A stretch of 62,775 nucleotides of DNA, filler included, from Rhabdomonas costata (Eukaryota): NCBI GenBank assembly GCA_019059605.1. It is 30 parts of 30 records of this genome, joined end to end, with 100 filler letters (N's around TTAATTAATTAA, not from the genome) between each part and the next. Parts side by side here need not be neighbours in the genome. Positions count along the whole stretch, not along the records: positions 50,305 to 52,300 come from JAHMHO010006623.1; positions 52,401 to 54,394 come from JAHMHO010006624.1; positions 54,495 to 56,488 come from JAHMHO010006625.1; positions 56,589 to 58,582 come from JAHMHO010006626.1; positions 58,683 to 60,681 come from JAHMHO010006627.1; positions 60,782 to 62,775 come from JAHMHO010006628.1; 24 more parts are not named here. One strand, given 5' to 3'. Positions 50,305 through 61,752 of this stretch are shown piece after piece (the first letter of the stretch is position 1; the number at the start of each line of letters is the position of its first letter). The position numbers and the translations under genes are program-made. The notes beneath the pieces are model-generated. The model did no database searches and had not been told where the DNA came from. It worked only from the letters and a program-made list of their open reading frames with translations.

Positions 50305-50994
50305 GGGGGGTGGGTCTGCTGTGCGAGGATGTCGTCCGAAGGAACACAGCGCTGACCATGCTCAACGTCTGCCGCAATCTGATCAACGGAATCGACGGGA
50401 TCGCGGGTCTTCCCAGAAATCTCTCCCTGTTGAACATTGCCTTCAACAATGTGAACGTTCCTGGGGCAGTTAAGGTGCGTCGTGGCTGAGAGATTTACCG
50501 CGTGAGCTCGCGTTTTTGTGCCCCATTGGAAAGTTTGTGACATGTGGTATGAGATTGCGGTGGTGCGATGCTTCGGAGGTGTGCTTTGCGACACCTATTG
50601 GGGCTGAAGTTCACCGCATCCCCCGTCCGCTTCCTTTTGTCCCATTTTGTGATGTCTTGTGAGTGAATGTCTTGCGCGTTAAACTTTTCCGAAATGGTGA
50701 AGTTCGTTGGCATCGGCAGCAGTCACTGTGTTTTGTCACTTTTGTCGCACCGCTAATGAACGAGCCCTTCGCGAATTCCTATCCTTCTCAGTATTACCGT
50801 TAACGTGCGGGGCCAGCAGCGACGATTCTGGTGTGTTGGGGATTGGGGATGCCCCTTATGCTCCCTCTCTGTCATAGCTTTCGGGATACCTCGAGGACCC
50901 GAACTCCAAATTGCAGGTGCTGTACTTGCAGCGCAATCTGATCGGCGACGACGGAGTCTGCGTGCTGTGCGACGCACTGAACAGCAACACAACG
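50305..50994 (+). CDS. Leucine-rich repeat protein, ribonuclease-inhibitor-like (exons <50305-50474 and 50878-50994; more exons likely to ~51739)
   Basis: NTALTMLNVCRNLI...LSLLNIAFNNVNVPGAVK|LSGYLEDPNSKLQVLYLQRNLIGDDGVCVLCDALNSNTT; missed by the ORF track. Confidence 0.85.
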
Positions 50995-53372
50995 GTCCCT
51001 TTGCTATATTTCTGACAAGGAGTACCCTGACTGCTCTCTCGAAAGGAAGTGGTTGTCGGTTCGGGAGAAGAACCAGCACCAAGAGAGAAGGCGAAAACCA
51101 AGGGTACGATTTCGTGAACCGTGAACTGTGGCGACACCGGTGGAGGCGCCCACACTAGCTCGTCGGAGTGCTTTTTCTCAAAAGGTACAACCACAAAACG
51201 GAAACCTTTCGGCTCGTTCGCTCAAGTGTCGGGACATCGTTTTATGAGGTTTGCTTTTAGACAGAACGCGATTTCAGGGTACAGGGCAGAGTTTCCCGAC
51301 CTGTTTGCGAAAAGCTCTTAGCTGGTTACAATTCTAAGCGTACCAGTGGAGACAAAAACGTATTCTGTTCGGCTTCTGCCCCCCCCCCCCAATGTGAAAG
51401 AGCAAACTCTTTTCAAAAAAGTTATCTCTCTGGAAAATGGGAGCTTTCGCTGGAACTGATTCAAAGTGATTTGGGTTGCTTGATTTGCCTCTGCTTCTTT
51501 CATATACCCATTGTTTGTTCGGCAGGTTTTGGGGAGGATTTTGCAATAGTTTTCTACACGGCATTTTCTCATGCGCAGCGAAACCCGTGACGAAGGCAAC
51601 GCTCAGGCATGCACTGCTCTTCGCGACAAGCTTCCTGCCTTGTGCCGCTGTGGACCGGGCTCTGATGAAACAGCTGAACCGCTTCTTCTGCTCCCCTTCG
51701 GCCTATGCCACCACTCGGGTTGAGAAGACTGACGTGGGGTGAGCCCTCGCCTTCCCCACCTCTATTTGCTTGGGGCTTGTGCCCTAGGCAAAAACTTTAA
51801 ATGGATATTTCTCAGTGATATCCTCGTTTCCCGAAGCCTCTCAAAGACGGTCTTTCCGGGCTGACCCAGAAAAACACCGCTGCCCTCCGAAATCTCACCA
51901 CATCGGTTGCAGAAACTCCATGTTGCCGCTGAAATGATACTGCCGCAGGGGCTGTTTGAAGTTGCCTCAGCAAGGTGCATTACATGCTGGATTGGGCAAC
52001 CCGCTTAAAAGGAATCGCACCTTTTTCCCTTCGCAAAGAAAATCCTCCTCCCATTTTGTGTTGCTGAACAGCTCTTGGTTGTAGGACTTTGCAGTGGATG
52101 CGGTGCTGAACTCCTGCTCTTACCTTGTTTTTCACCCCCGTCGACTTCCCCTGTATCTGCTCTTCAAATGTTTCAAAATCGCCAGCCCCAAGCCCAAGCC
52201 TACAAAAGACGTCAAAGGAAACGCAAATCCAGGAAAAAAACACTTGATAAAGTTTGCGTGGTCAAAATTTGCACCACCCCCACCAACCACACCCACCACA
52301 NNNNNNNNNNNNNNNNNNNNNNNNNNNNNNNNNNNNNNNNNNNNTTAATTAATTAANNNNNNNNNNNNNNNNNNNNNNNNNNNNNNNNNNNNNNNNNNNN
52401 GAAAATTTCAAACGCCTGCCTGTAGCAGAAAAACCCCACAACAGCAACGCCTCCCGCAGGTGTGTGGGGGGTGGGGCCACGACTGTACTGACGTGATGTG
52501 AGACCCCAGGTGGTGGGCAAACCCACTGCGTAAAAAAAGACCCAGTGGAGTAACAAGTGCCGGAGGGGGAGGTCTCTATACCTCGCCGTTGTGTTGCTGG
52601 GGTCCACGTCAGAGGTGCTCAGCGAAAACTCCACCAGGTTGCTGAAAAGTGCACATGGGAACGGCAAAGAGGATGCGATGACAGTGTGAGGGGGAGGGGA
52701 GGGGGTAACAAAGAGACCAGCCTTGCCTTCATCCTGCAGGAATTTCGGAAAACATGAAAAACAAGAATGTATCTTGTCTGAATGCACGATTGTATGTGCC
52801 ATCATCATGCGGGATGTGGACATCAAAGAAAGTTGTGTCGGATGATCCTCGACGACCCTTACCCATATCCCTCCCTATGAATCGACGGTCCCTTCAAAAG
52901 AAAGCACCACAAATATACACGCATCTCCTAGTTTCTCGGAAAGTAAGGGCAAAGGGGGCGGTGCACGTCCGAAAGACGCACACAAACCACAGGTCCATCA
53001 AGAAGCGCTGCTTCCCTGAGGCCTCCACCTGCCCGCGGCCTTTGAGAGACTTCGAAACTGAGCGAGCGCGTACTCATCCCACACATAGACACGCACTGGC
53101 ACACTGCCTGCGTGAGGCGTGGGTGTTGGGGAGGTCTTTCTTCCTCCCTCTGGATGAGGCAGGTGAGATTCATTGATCGATAGTCAGTCATTTCGTCCTC
53201 ACTCCAATTTGCACACAGCGGCCGGCGAGGACAGTCAGTTGAAAAGAGGCCATAAAAACCCGAATCAAGACATGCAGAAGGCACTGAGCTGAGCTCCATC
53301 ATCTGCTAAATAAAGGGAAAGGAAATGCAGCAAGGGGGAGGAGGCAAGGGAAGTCCAGAACAGCGTCCATAC

Positions 53373-54394
53373 AGTCCTCCAGGCGCTTCTGCAGCTTGAC
53401 GGCGGTGATGGCTTCAGGGAGGATCTTCGCCCAGAAGTCCTCGTCATTGAGGTCCACGTCTGGGCCTGCCGCAAGGGTTGGGGGATGGTTTTGGTGGTGG
53501 TTTTATCATTTCACTGCGGCCCACGTCAAAACTGGATGAGGTGAGCTTATGAATCTCTGTCTTCTGGGCAGAAGCATGAAATCCCGTCTAAAGAAATTCT
53601 AAAACGCCTAAAACTCTCTCAAAAACCACTGCGAACGATTTGTGGTAACAAGGACCATGCAACTACCATATGGAACCGAGACTTTACAATCATGAACCCG
53701 ATACAAAACCCACAGGAAAATCAAATTTTGGTAGTAGTTAGGTTCCTGAGGAGGTGGGGAAGGAGGAGGGTTTTGGGGCTATCCAAGACAATGTACCCAA
53801 CCCAACCGAGTCCCATGATCAGCATTTCAAAACAACTGCCGCTCGCTTCCTGGAACCAACAGTCTGTTCAGCGGTACCATGTGATGGCTCATTTCAGGAA
53901 CGAAAAAGTTCGAAGTCGATTAGAAAACTGTAACCAGGCGGCATTCAACGGAATGGGTTAGCCAGGAAAAGAAAATTCCAGGCCATGAATCTGGCAAACA
54001 AGACGGAATATGAGAGCACACAGGAGAGAGAGAGAGAGTGAGTGAGAGAAAGGGCTTGGGGCAGCACCTCCTTCGGTGGTGGCAAACACAGCGGAGGAAA
54101 AGGAGGCCAGTCCGGCCATGCCCACAGGAGACGCTGCGGCTGCCGCCGCCTCACTCTCTTCAAGTGAGACCTTCGTCGACCTACATCCCCCCCCGTCCAA
54201 AAAATGCAACAGGCACACACCACTCTTGGTGCACAGGGGCATATGTGGGGCATGTGAGCAAGCGCCTCCTCTCCACCTTGCCAATGACAAAAACAGAACA
54301 CCGCTGCAGAATCTGGTCGAGGTCCTCCTCAAGAAGCACGCGGTCATCCTCTTTGTCCGTGTCTGCAGCAAACACATTTACACAAACCCACAAC
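53373..54394 (-). CDS. CHD6-9/Kismet-type chromatin remodeller, post-helicase region (exons ~54385-54302, 54180-54068, 53465-53373)
   Basis: LLEEDLDQILQR|STKVSLEESE...SFSSAVFATTEG|GPDVDLNDEDFWAKILPE parallels EEDIDQIL...STFAKASF...DISLDDPNFW of CHD7-like proteins; junctions in phase. Confidence 0.75.
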
Positions 54395-54839
54395 NNNNNN
54401 NNNNNNNNNNNNNNNNNNNNNNNNNNNNNNNNNNNNNNTTAATTAATTAANNNNNNNNNNNNNNNNNNNNNNNNNNNNNNNNNNNNNNNNNNNNGTTGTG
54501 TGGGGAGGACTTGAGTTTCCATGGTGTAATTAAAAACACGTCAATACAGGGTAATGTTCACAGTTCGTACGAAAGGAAAAGGCAAAAATAAAGTTACTGT
54601 AGAAACTGTAAGATACAATGAAGAAAAGGCCAGGAGGTTTTGCATAACAGTGTGAGGTGCGTCAAACCGCACATCCAAGCAAAGAAGTCAACCCAACACA
54701 CATACACACATGCACAAACACACATACACACAGAAGGTAAAAAGCACGCGCGCATAGAGGATAGCAGAAAGGATTCAGTCGCACATACGGTGGTGGTTTG
54801 GCCCCTTTCGCCCTGCCGCGTAATTACCGCAATCCTTAG

Positions 54840-55940
54840 GGACGTCAACGTGTTCAAGCTGCTGGACCCCCCGAGCTATGCCCGGTACAACCTCTTCGCC
54901 TTTGAGGTGGGTGCCGCTGCGTACGGCGCGGTCGCCTGCCCGCTGCCGCGGTGTGGTAACTTCATGTTCCTGCCCCACGTCACCGGCAGCCTGCTGCGGT
55001 GCGGGTTTTGCCGGCAGTTCTTCTGCAAGCGGTGCCGCTGTGCCCCACTGGACTGCTCGTGCAAGCTTGTGGAGTCGGACCTCCCCCTGACCACCCTGCC
55101 CCCCGCGGATAGCGACGACGAGGAGGGGGACAGGGAGTGGGAGCTTCCCAAGGGGTGCGTTGCAGCCTTTAGCTCCGGATAGAGAGAGAGGGGCTCGCAA
55201 GAAATGGGAGATGGCGAGGTCACCAACGTACGGTTCAGCCATAACTTGGAAATAACAACAATGGTCAATTGCAAGAAGGAAACGGCATTTTCAAAAGCAA
55301 GATATGGGTGTTGTGTTCTGCTATCTTCTTCTTCTTTTGCCATCATATGAGCGCTGTCCTGTTTGTGTGGTTAGAAAACTTGCGTGCCTTCAAGGCTTCA
55401 AGGCTTTGTGGCGGTATTCTTCGCACCCTGCGCCGTTTTCTTGTGAAAATGACATGGAGACTAAAATGTCGGGATTCCTCAGGGCTGGCGACGGTAACCT
55501 CAGCCTGTTTTGATTAACCAGTTAACCAGTTAACCAGTTAACATTCCGAAGGAATTCATGGAACACCCTTGTGTGCTGTGTGAGTTTCCCGATGAATGTC
55601 ACTGCATTCCGGTTCTTGCCCAACGCGGGCACGTCTTCCGCTCTACCACCACAGCCGGCGCCCTGCTCTGGTGCAAGTGCGGTTCCAGGACAGGGGCACG
55701 GAGCTCTCCGTTGGCGAGGACTGCTCTGTGCGGGAGGTGCTGCGGGCTCTGCGGAAGGTGTGGGGGGTCCGGATGCGCGAGGGCCACCTCTTCTTTGCGG
55801 GGAAGTGGTTGCCCCCGGCCTCCACGGTTCGTTCCCACGGCCTCAGCAGCGGGGCGGTAGCCTACCTGTTGCCCAGGGTGGCCCAGACGGGGGACTCTGC
55901 TCGTGAGTCTGAGATCGACCTGGCGAAGTTCCGGCGATCG
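54840..55940 (+). CDS. IBR-like zinc domain followed by a ubiquitin-like domain (exons 54840-55154 and 55655-55940)
   Basis: YARY...CPLPRCGN...CGFCRQFFCKRC, then VQVRFQDRGTELSVGEDCSVREV...HLFFAGKWLPPASTVRSHGLSSGAVAYL; phase-2 GT-AG join. Confidence 0.78.
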
Positions 55941-56853
55941 GTAAGCGCCATCCCATCCCCGATATCTGGAGTTCTCTTTGTCTTTTGGTTGGTGCGGAGA
56001 GGCCTGCTGTCCGAACAACAAGAGTCCGCCATGGGTCTTATAGGGGTGTATTGCACGTGCGCTGCGACCGTATGTGGGGTGCAACGCTCGCCGTACCCTC
56101 TGTACGACCGCAAGCTTAATTTCTGTGCATACCACCAAACCACCAAAATGCAGCACCTAATGCTAATATCGGGAACCTTCCTCTCCGCAGGTGGCTCCCA
56201 GTGCGTGTTTCCGGATTCTGCCATCTTTTGCTTGGAAGTGTGGATTTCATGCGCGATCTTCCCATTTTCTGCGGAACTGCTCAACTTCAGGTGTATATTT
56301 GGATATTCACCCCTGGCTACCAAAATTCTACTTTGGCATTGAGAATTCTGTTGTTCCCTCTTTGTTAAGAACAATGCCCCTCTCCCCAGGCAACCTGTTC
56401 GGGAAAAGGTATATTTTTCCACTTTCTTTCTGTCTGTACTTCTTTCAAATCAGGTCGCTGCGGCGGGCTCCGAGCCGGGCAAGAATGCNNNNNNNNNNNN
56501 NNNNNNNNNNNNNNNNNNNNNNNNNNNNNNNNTTAATTAATTAANNNNNNNNNNNNNNNNNNNNNNNNNNNNNNNNNNNNNNNNNNNNGGGGGTGGGTCG
56601 CAGTCCGACGGCGACCCACCCAAAACCAGAGCCGTGGTCAGCCAACGGGGCCCCGTCGTGCCGGCAGTCTGTGTGGCGAACAAGCATAGGCCAAAGCCTC
56701 TGAGACCATCCGCTTCCCCCACAGCCACTGCAGCACCCTTTACAATCGCCGCATAGGTCCACATGGTCACCACCATCTCCAGTCCAGGGACCGTTTCACA
56801 CTTGAAATGAGGGAATGTGCAGGGAGTGAAGACACCACGAGTTGCAAAAACAC

Positions 56854-58563
56854 CTGCACAGCTCGGGCCCCGGCCAGAGCGACGTTGGCCAAAACCTTGT
56901 CCAGCATGGCGTCACAGGGCCCGTTGCACGGGGGCCAGTGCGAAAGTGCGGAGAAAACCTGGTACACGAAGGTGAGATAGAATCAAATATTACATCCAAC
57001 TAATGTAAAACCTGCCGGTACTCAGACACAAAGGCGGAAGCTTGAGTGAAGGTCGAGAATTTGGAACCACTCCCGGATTATCCTGAGCACCTTTCCTGTG
57101 TGCCCACGAAGACAGATAAGGGACACAGTGGTCCATCTTGCCTGCCATTCCCTCACCTTGCCCGGGTTTCCCTACTACCACCGACGCACCTGGGGTGGTT
57201 TGTGGTGGGTTGCGCCGGGCAGCTCCCGCATGGCAACTTCGGGGAATCCTCCGCTGGCAATGGGCAGGCCGCCAGCTTGCTCCTTGTGCGGATGCGGCAG
57301 TTGCGGCACCTGCTCTTCCGCGGGGAGGAAGGGGAGGTCAGGGGGTCCTCCATGGGCAAGGAGCTCGTAGGGGATCTCTGGCCGCACCAGGCGCTCATGG
57401 AGCTGCTCGTTGGAGCAAGGCGGGGGCTGTAAGTAGGAGCCGTAGGGGAAGGCACGACAACAGCACCACCGACACACCATCCCTACAACCATGTTGTCCG
57501 TTTCACTTGAAAAGTTGGAACTGTCCATGAGATGAGAGCATTTCGGACTCCAGTGAAAAAGGGTCGAAAAATGAAAACCGAACTCAGATGACCCCCCCCC
57601 CTGTAACCTGCCCACTTTGTTGCATTGGCGTTTCCCATTTTTCTTACTTTGGATTTCTACAATTTACTTAACAGTGAATCGGGTCATATCATACCACTCA
57701 CGGTTTTTCAAAGCCATACGACATATTCCTGCAGACGGTCTCCTTCGCCCCTTCGCCTCCATGGATGCCCCACTAAGCGGTGATGGGAAAGTTGACGTCG
57801 GTGTGGAGGGGTAGTTACATAAACCCAACTAATCAATCAATAGTAAAGCCCACCAACCTCGTAGTTCAGGGTACGGATGTCGCGGAAGATGGAGGAGATA
57901 TCCAGCAGGGCGGCGGCCCGAGACTCCCGGTCGACCAGAAAGTGATGCAGCCACCTCATGTGGAAGTCGTATACCAGGGCGTTGACGTGCAGGGGGTTGT
58001 GGACACTCATCACCTGTGTGGAAGTGGGTTTGCACATGTACGGGGTGGCAGGCGTGTGTGTGTGTGTGTTGGGCGCATAGCATACCGGCTGTTGCCTGAC
58101 TGGCTGTTGGTTGGTGACCACTGCGGACTGCCGGGCGCACGAGCTGTTGGCCACGTATGCTTGTGAGAGGCTCCTTCCGAGCGCGCAGTGCCGTGGGGTA
58201 CTGGCTTACCGCTGACGCCGAGCGTTCCACCTGAGGAAACCTCACTTCTGTCCCACGGATCACGGATCCCGGGCCTTTGAGGCGCAGCTACTTTTTCCGC
58301 ACGCTACTCGCGTGATCCGCTGATGCTCAGGTCTCTGAGGCTCCTTCCTCCTCTTTTCAAACAAAACGTGTGTGCTTGTGCGGCATTGATCGGTTTTTAA
58401 TCAGTGAAGGTCTGCACATCGCGTCTGTGCTTTTGATGTCACCCAAAAGCCACTTTGCCTCACGCTCGCTCCTCCCTCGAGCACACCTCTGCCACAAAGG
58501 CCTGAGAAACCTCAGCGGAAGAGGCCGTGGGGCGCGCAAGCTTCTCCGTTTCCCCTGGAGGAG
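56854..58563 (-). CDS. Probable SZT2 (KICSTOR subunit)-like C-terminal region (exons 58563-58487, 58013-57858, 57426-57190, 56958-56854)
   Basis: Four GT-AG exons joined in phase 0; AFVAE|VMSVHNPLHVNALVYDFHMRWLHHFL resembles the HVHSFSYDFHLR segment I recall from animal SZT2. Exon structure is solid; the name is tentative. Confidence 0.5.
58055..58350 (-). repeat. Dispersed ~300-bp intronic repeat ending in (CA)n, copy A
   Basis: Shares colinear blocks with 58805-59105: CAGAGACCTGAGC, GGCCCGGGA, GTGGAACG, CCCCACGGCAC, CGTGGCCAACAGC, CAGTGGTCACCA, CAGGCAACAGCC, ATGCGCCCAACACACACAC. Confidence 0.85.
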
Positions 58564-58804
58564 CTGAAGGACGGCGGGGAGGNNNNNNNNNNNNNNNNNN
58601 NNNNNNNNNNNNNNNNNNNNNNNNNNTTAATTAATTAANNNNNNNNNNNNNNNNNNNNNNNNNNNNNNNNNNNNNNNNNNNNATGTGGAACGTTCGGCGG
58701 TGAGGTGCTGGCACGGCGACGCCTGCAGATACCGGTGCTGCCCGTTCACCCATCCGAAAGAAAAGCTCCAAGGGGCGTTCCCGCGAGAAAAGACCCCAGC
58801 CCCC

Positions 58805-59105
58805 CAAGGAAGGAGTGTGGAATCGCAGAGACCTGAGCCGCAATGGAGCAATGCAGGTAGCCGCTGGAAAAGAGCAGCTGCGCGACAATGGCCCGGGACC
58901 CGTGGGGCAGAAGGGAGGTTACCAGATGTGGAACGTTCGGTGGTGAGCCGATTTCGGTTCCCCACGGCACCGTTCGCCAACGGCACCTCTCGCGAGCACC
59001 CGTGGCCAACAGCGCGTGCGCCAGTCAGTCCCCAGTGGTCACCACCAACCAGTCAACCAGTCAACCAGGCAACAGCCAGCGCGCAATGCGCCCAACACAC
59101 ACACG
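58805..59105 (+). repeat. Dispersed ~300-bp intronic repeat ending in (CA)n, copy B
   Basis: Diverged homologue of copy A; ends about 8 nt before the acceptor AG of the rhodanese exon. Confidence 0.85.
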
Positions 59106-59112
59106 ATTCCAG

Positions 59113-59306
59113 AGAAGGTTCCGTCTGCGTGGGAGGAGAGTGGGCTGGAGGACAGCGTGGGGGCTCTACCCCCGAAGGACGCCGAGGTGGTGGTGTACTG
59201 CCATAGTGGGGTGCGGTCGGAGATGGTCGCGCGGCTGCTGCGGAGCTGGGGGTACACTCAGGTCCGGAACTACGCCGGAAGCTGGGCGGAGTGGAGCTCG
59301 TCATAG
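59113..59306 (+). CDS. Last exon of a rhodanese/sulfurtransferase-domain protein
   Basis: PPKDAEVVVYCHSGVRSEMVARLLRSWGYTQVRNYAGSWAEWSSS*: active-site CxxGxR loop and the YxGSWxEW signature. Confidence 0.92.
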
Positions 59307-60515
59307 GCGAGCCTGCTCTCCCAGCTACCGACTTCCCTCTGTCGTTCTATTGAATGACTGCTGCTGGGATGTGTGTGGGTGTCTGTATTTTTGGGTGAGT
59401 TTGAGCCGCCCGTCACACGGTGATGAAATAGTTTCTCCCGGTGCCGGGCCGCCAGGGTTTCTTCACTTGCAAGCAGAACCTTGCAGCGTGGATTTGTGGA
59501 CGTGTTGGTGGGTGCTTCTGTAGTGTGACCTGTTTGGATGGAACAAAGATCCCATAGGAATTTTTGGCTTGAGGGACTTGGCCCCTCTTCGGCTGCTGGC
59601 TGAGAGATAGTGCTCCTATTAATGCCTTGATTGCCCTTCTGGGCATAATTGGATGCATACAGAGAAAGCCTTATCAGAGATTCTGCCGTGCACATTCTCT
59701 AACTATCTGGTGCGGTCCAAATAAATACGTATTCAGTCTCTTCGGACATTCTACATGAGGATGGCAGATGTAAGCTGTTTGCTTAACTAGAGCGAGCTTC
59801 TTGTTCAGGCCGCATTCTGTTAACCTTGTTGCGTGCACTTTTGAGATGTGCTTGGGTGCCTAAGGGTGTCAGGAGCGGTGGCTTTCAAGGTTGGTATTAC
59901 TGGAGAAGGCAGGCAGGCATCCCGGTTTGGAAAGTGTTCACCGCGATCACTGAAATGTGCTCCGGAGGCTTTGTACACTGAAGTTCATTGAAGGTTTTGC
60001 TCTTCAGTTGGAAGTTGTTTCTGTTTGAACGGTTTTGTTGTTTCGTTGTTATCTGCCGTGCGGTATGTCTGCCGGGATGAGTGACTGGAGGGTTGCCCGG
60101 CCAAAGCCCCTGTCCACCCTTATAGTGAGTGTGGTCCGAGCCTTCGACCTGCCTCCGGTCCTTGCCTGCCCCCATCTCCCTCCATCCCCCTTCCCTCTTC
60201 CCTTGTACGGGGTTCTTTTTTTTTTCGAATTGGCCATGCCATAAGATACAAGTGAGGCAGACCCCTCTGATAAGATCTCAGAGCAATTCATGCTCTGCTT
60301 TTGGTGATGAAATCCAATTTTAGGAACCGCCCTCCTCTGCAAGTGCACAAACCCTGTCTTCCTACTTCGTGGTGCTAAGGCGGTGCGATATTTCCACTGC
60401 CATATCCCCGCCAGACTTGGCCATAAACGCTTGTTTGGTTCAGTCACCAGGCTGGTTTTCCACAACCCCTGTGTCCCCGCCTTTGTGGTCGAGTGTCATG
60501 TGTCCGGGTGCACAG

Positions 60516-60659
60516 AATGCCAGCGCCTTCGCGCGGGTGCACCTGCGGTGCGGGCCACAGAGCGCCTCGCAGCAGACGCGGTGCGCCGAAGGGCCTTCCC
60601 CACAGTGGGACCAGCAGCTTAGCTTTCCCATCGATGACCCCACCTCAGCCAGCCTGGAC
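60516..60659 (+). CDS. C2-domain exon
   Basis: ASAFARVHLRCGPQSASQQTRCAEGPSPQWDQQLSFPIDDPTSASLD fits T...PxWxQxxxFxIxDP of C2 domains; CAG/GT bounded, 48 codons. Confidence 0.65.
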
Positions 60660-60781
60660 GTGCGCCACTGCCCCAACAACANNNNNNNNNNNNNNNNNNN
60701 NNNNNNNNNNNNNNNNNNNNNNNNNTTAATTAATTAANNNNNNNNNNNNNNNNNNNNNNNNNNNNNNNNNNNNNNNNNNNN

Positions 60782-61752
60782 CTGGTGCGGAGCATCCCTC
60801 AGGAGCTGAACAACATCGCCCGCCTCAGCGCTCACTTCCAGCAGTTTGGGACCATCGTCAACGTCCGGGTGGAGCACCACTCTCGAAGCGCGTTGATCAC
60901 CTTTCAGGCGCCATTCCAGGTCTTCCCAAGGCCCAGCAGTGCCAAAAATGGGGCGTTATGCATCCCCACATGATAGTTTTTCAAAAATGAAATGAGGGAG
61001 TCCGCGTCAAATGTCTTGGAAGTCTCAAAATCTCCCCGCATCTTGGAAAACCCCGCATCCTGGTATTGTGAGCTACTGCTTTATACATATTGCAGTTTAT
61101 ATGTAATGGTTCATTTCGCAGGGTGGCAAGGCATTGGTCATCCGACATCCAACATCCTCTCGATCAGTTGTGTTTGCGATGTTGGTGATGTTTCGCGAAT
61201 TCCCTTCGGTAGAGATCAGAATTGAAAATGGGTGATGAAATGATGCGCCGCGACGTTGGGAATCAAACCTGTGAACTTCACTTATCAGCAGGCGAAAATA
61301 ATACCTCGCCTGGTTTGCAGTTAATATTCTGACTGCTCAGTGCTGCATTCTATGGATAAAGCATAAAGCCGTTCTATTAATGCTTGGTGCTCATCAGCTC
61401 TTTTTTGCCCTGCACCGCTTCCGCACGTTGCGCTGTTTGCTTGCTATTATTTTGTCGGTGCTTTTCAAGTTCACTTCTTCGCTTCTAAGAGATGTTTGTT
61501 CAAGGGGGAAACGTCATTTTAGTTGGGTGGGCATTCCATACCCAGTCCTACGCTCATCTTCTGAATTTCCGTGAGGACTTCTGTCGGGGGCTGCGCTCTC
61601 CCTGCAGGCCGCTGCCGCGATCAACTCCCCCGACGCCGTGTGCGGCAACCGCTTCATTACCCTTCACTGGGCCTCCAACAGCTACGGATTTGACCGAGGA
61701 GATCGCCCCCGGCGGGTCATGCACCCTCCCCATGGAGGAGGCCACCGAGGGG
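60782..61752 (+). CDS. RBM26/RBM27-like RNA-binding protein RRM (exons <60782-60919 and 61608-~61752)
   Basis: LVRSIPQELNNIARLSAHFQQFGTIVNVRV...SALITF|AAAAINSPDAVCGNRFITLHW matches the ELNNIxKLxxHFxxFG...AVxxNRFIxxxW signature. Confidence 0.88.

Noticed and set aside
55514-55542. (TTAACCAG)x3 tandem 8-mer, possibly telomere-like
   Set aside because: Short intronic microsatellite, internal, and not a TTAGGG-type repeat.
58055-59105. Apparent large inverted repeat or TIR transposon spanning the spacer at 58583-58682
   Set aside because: The two copies are on different contigs; their proximity and relative orientation result from concatenation.
1998-60781. Regularly spaced TTAATTAATTAA repeats resembling an array or CRISPR-like structure
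   Set aside because: Artificial spacers embedded in Ns; the ~2.1-kb period reflects length-sorted contigs.
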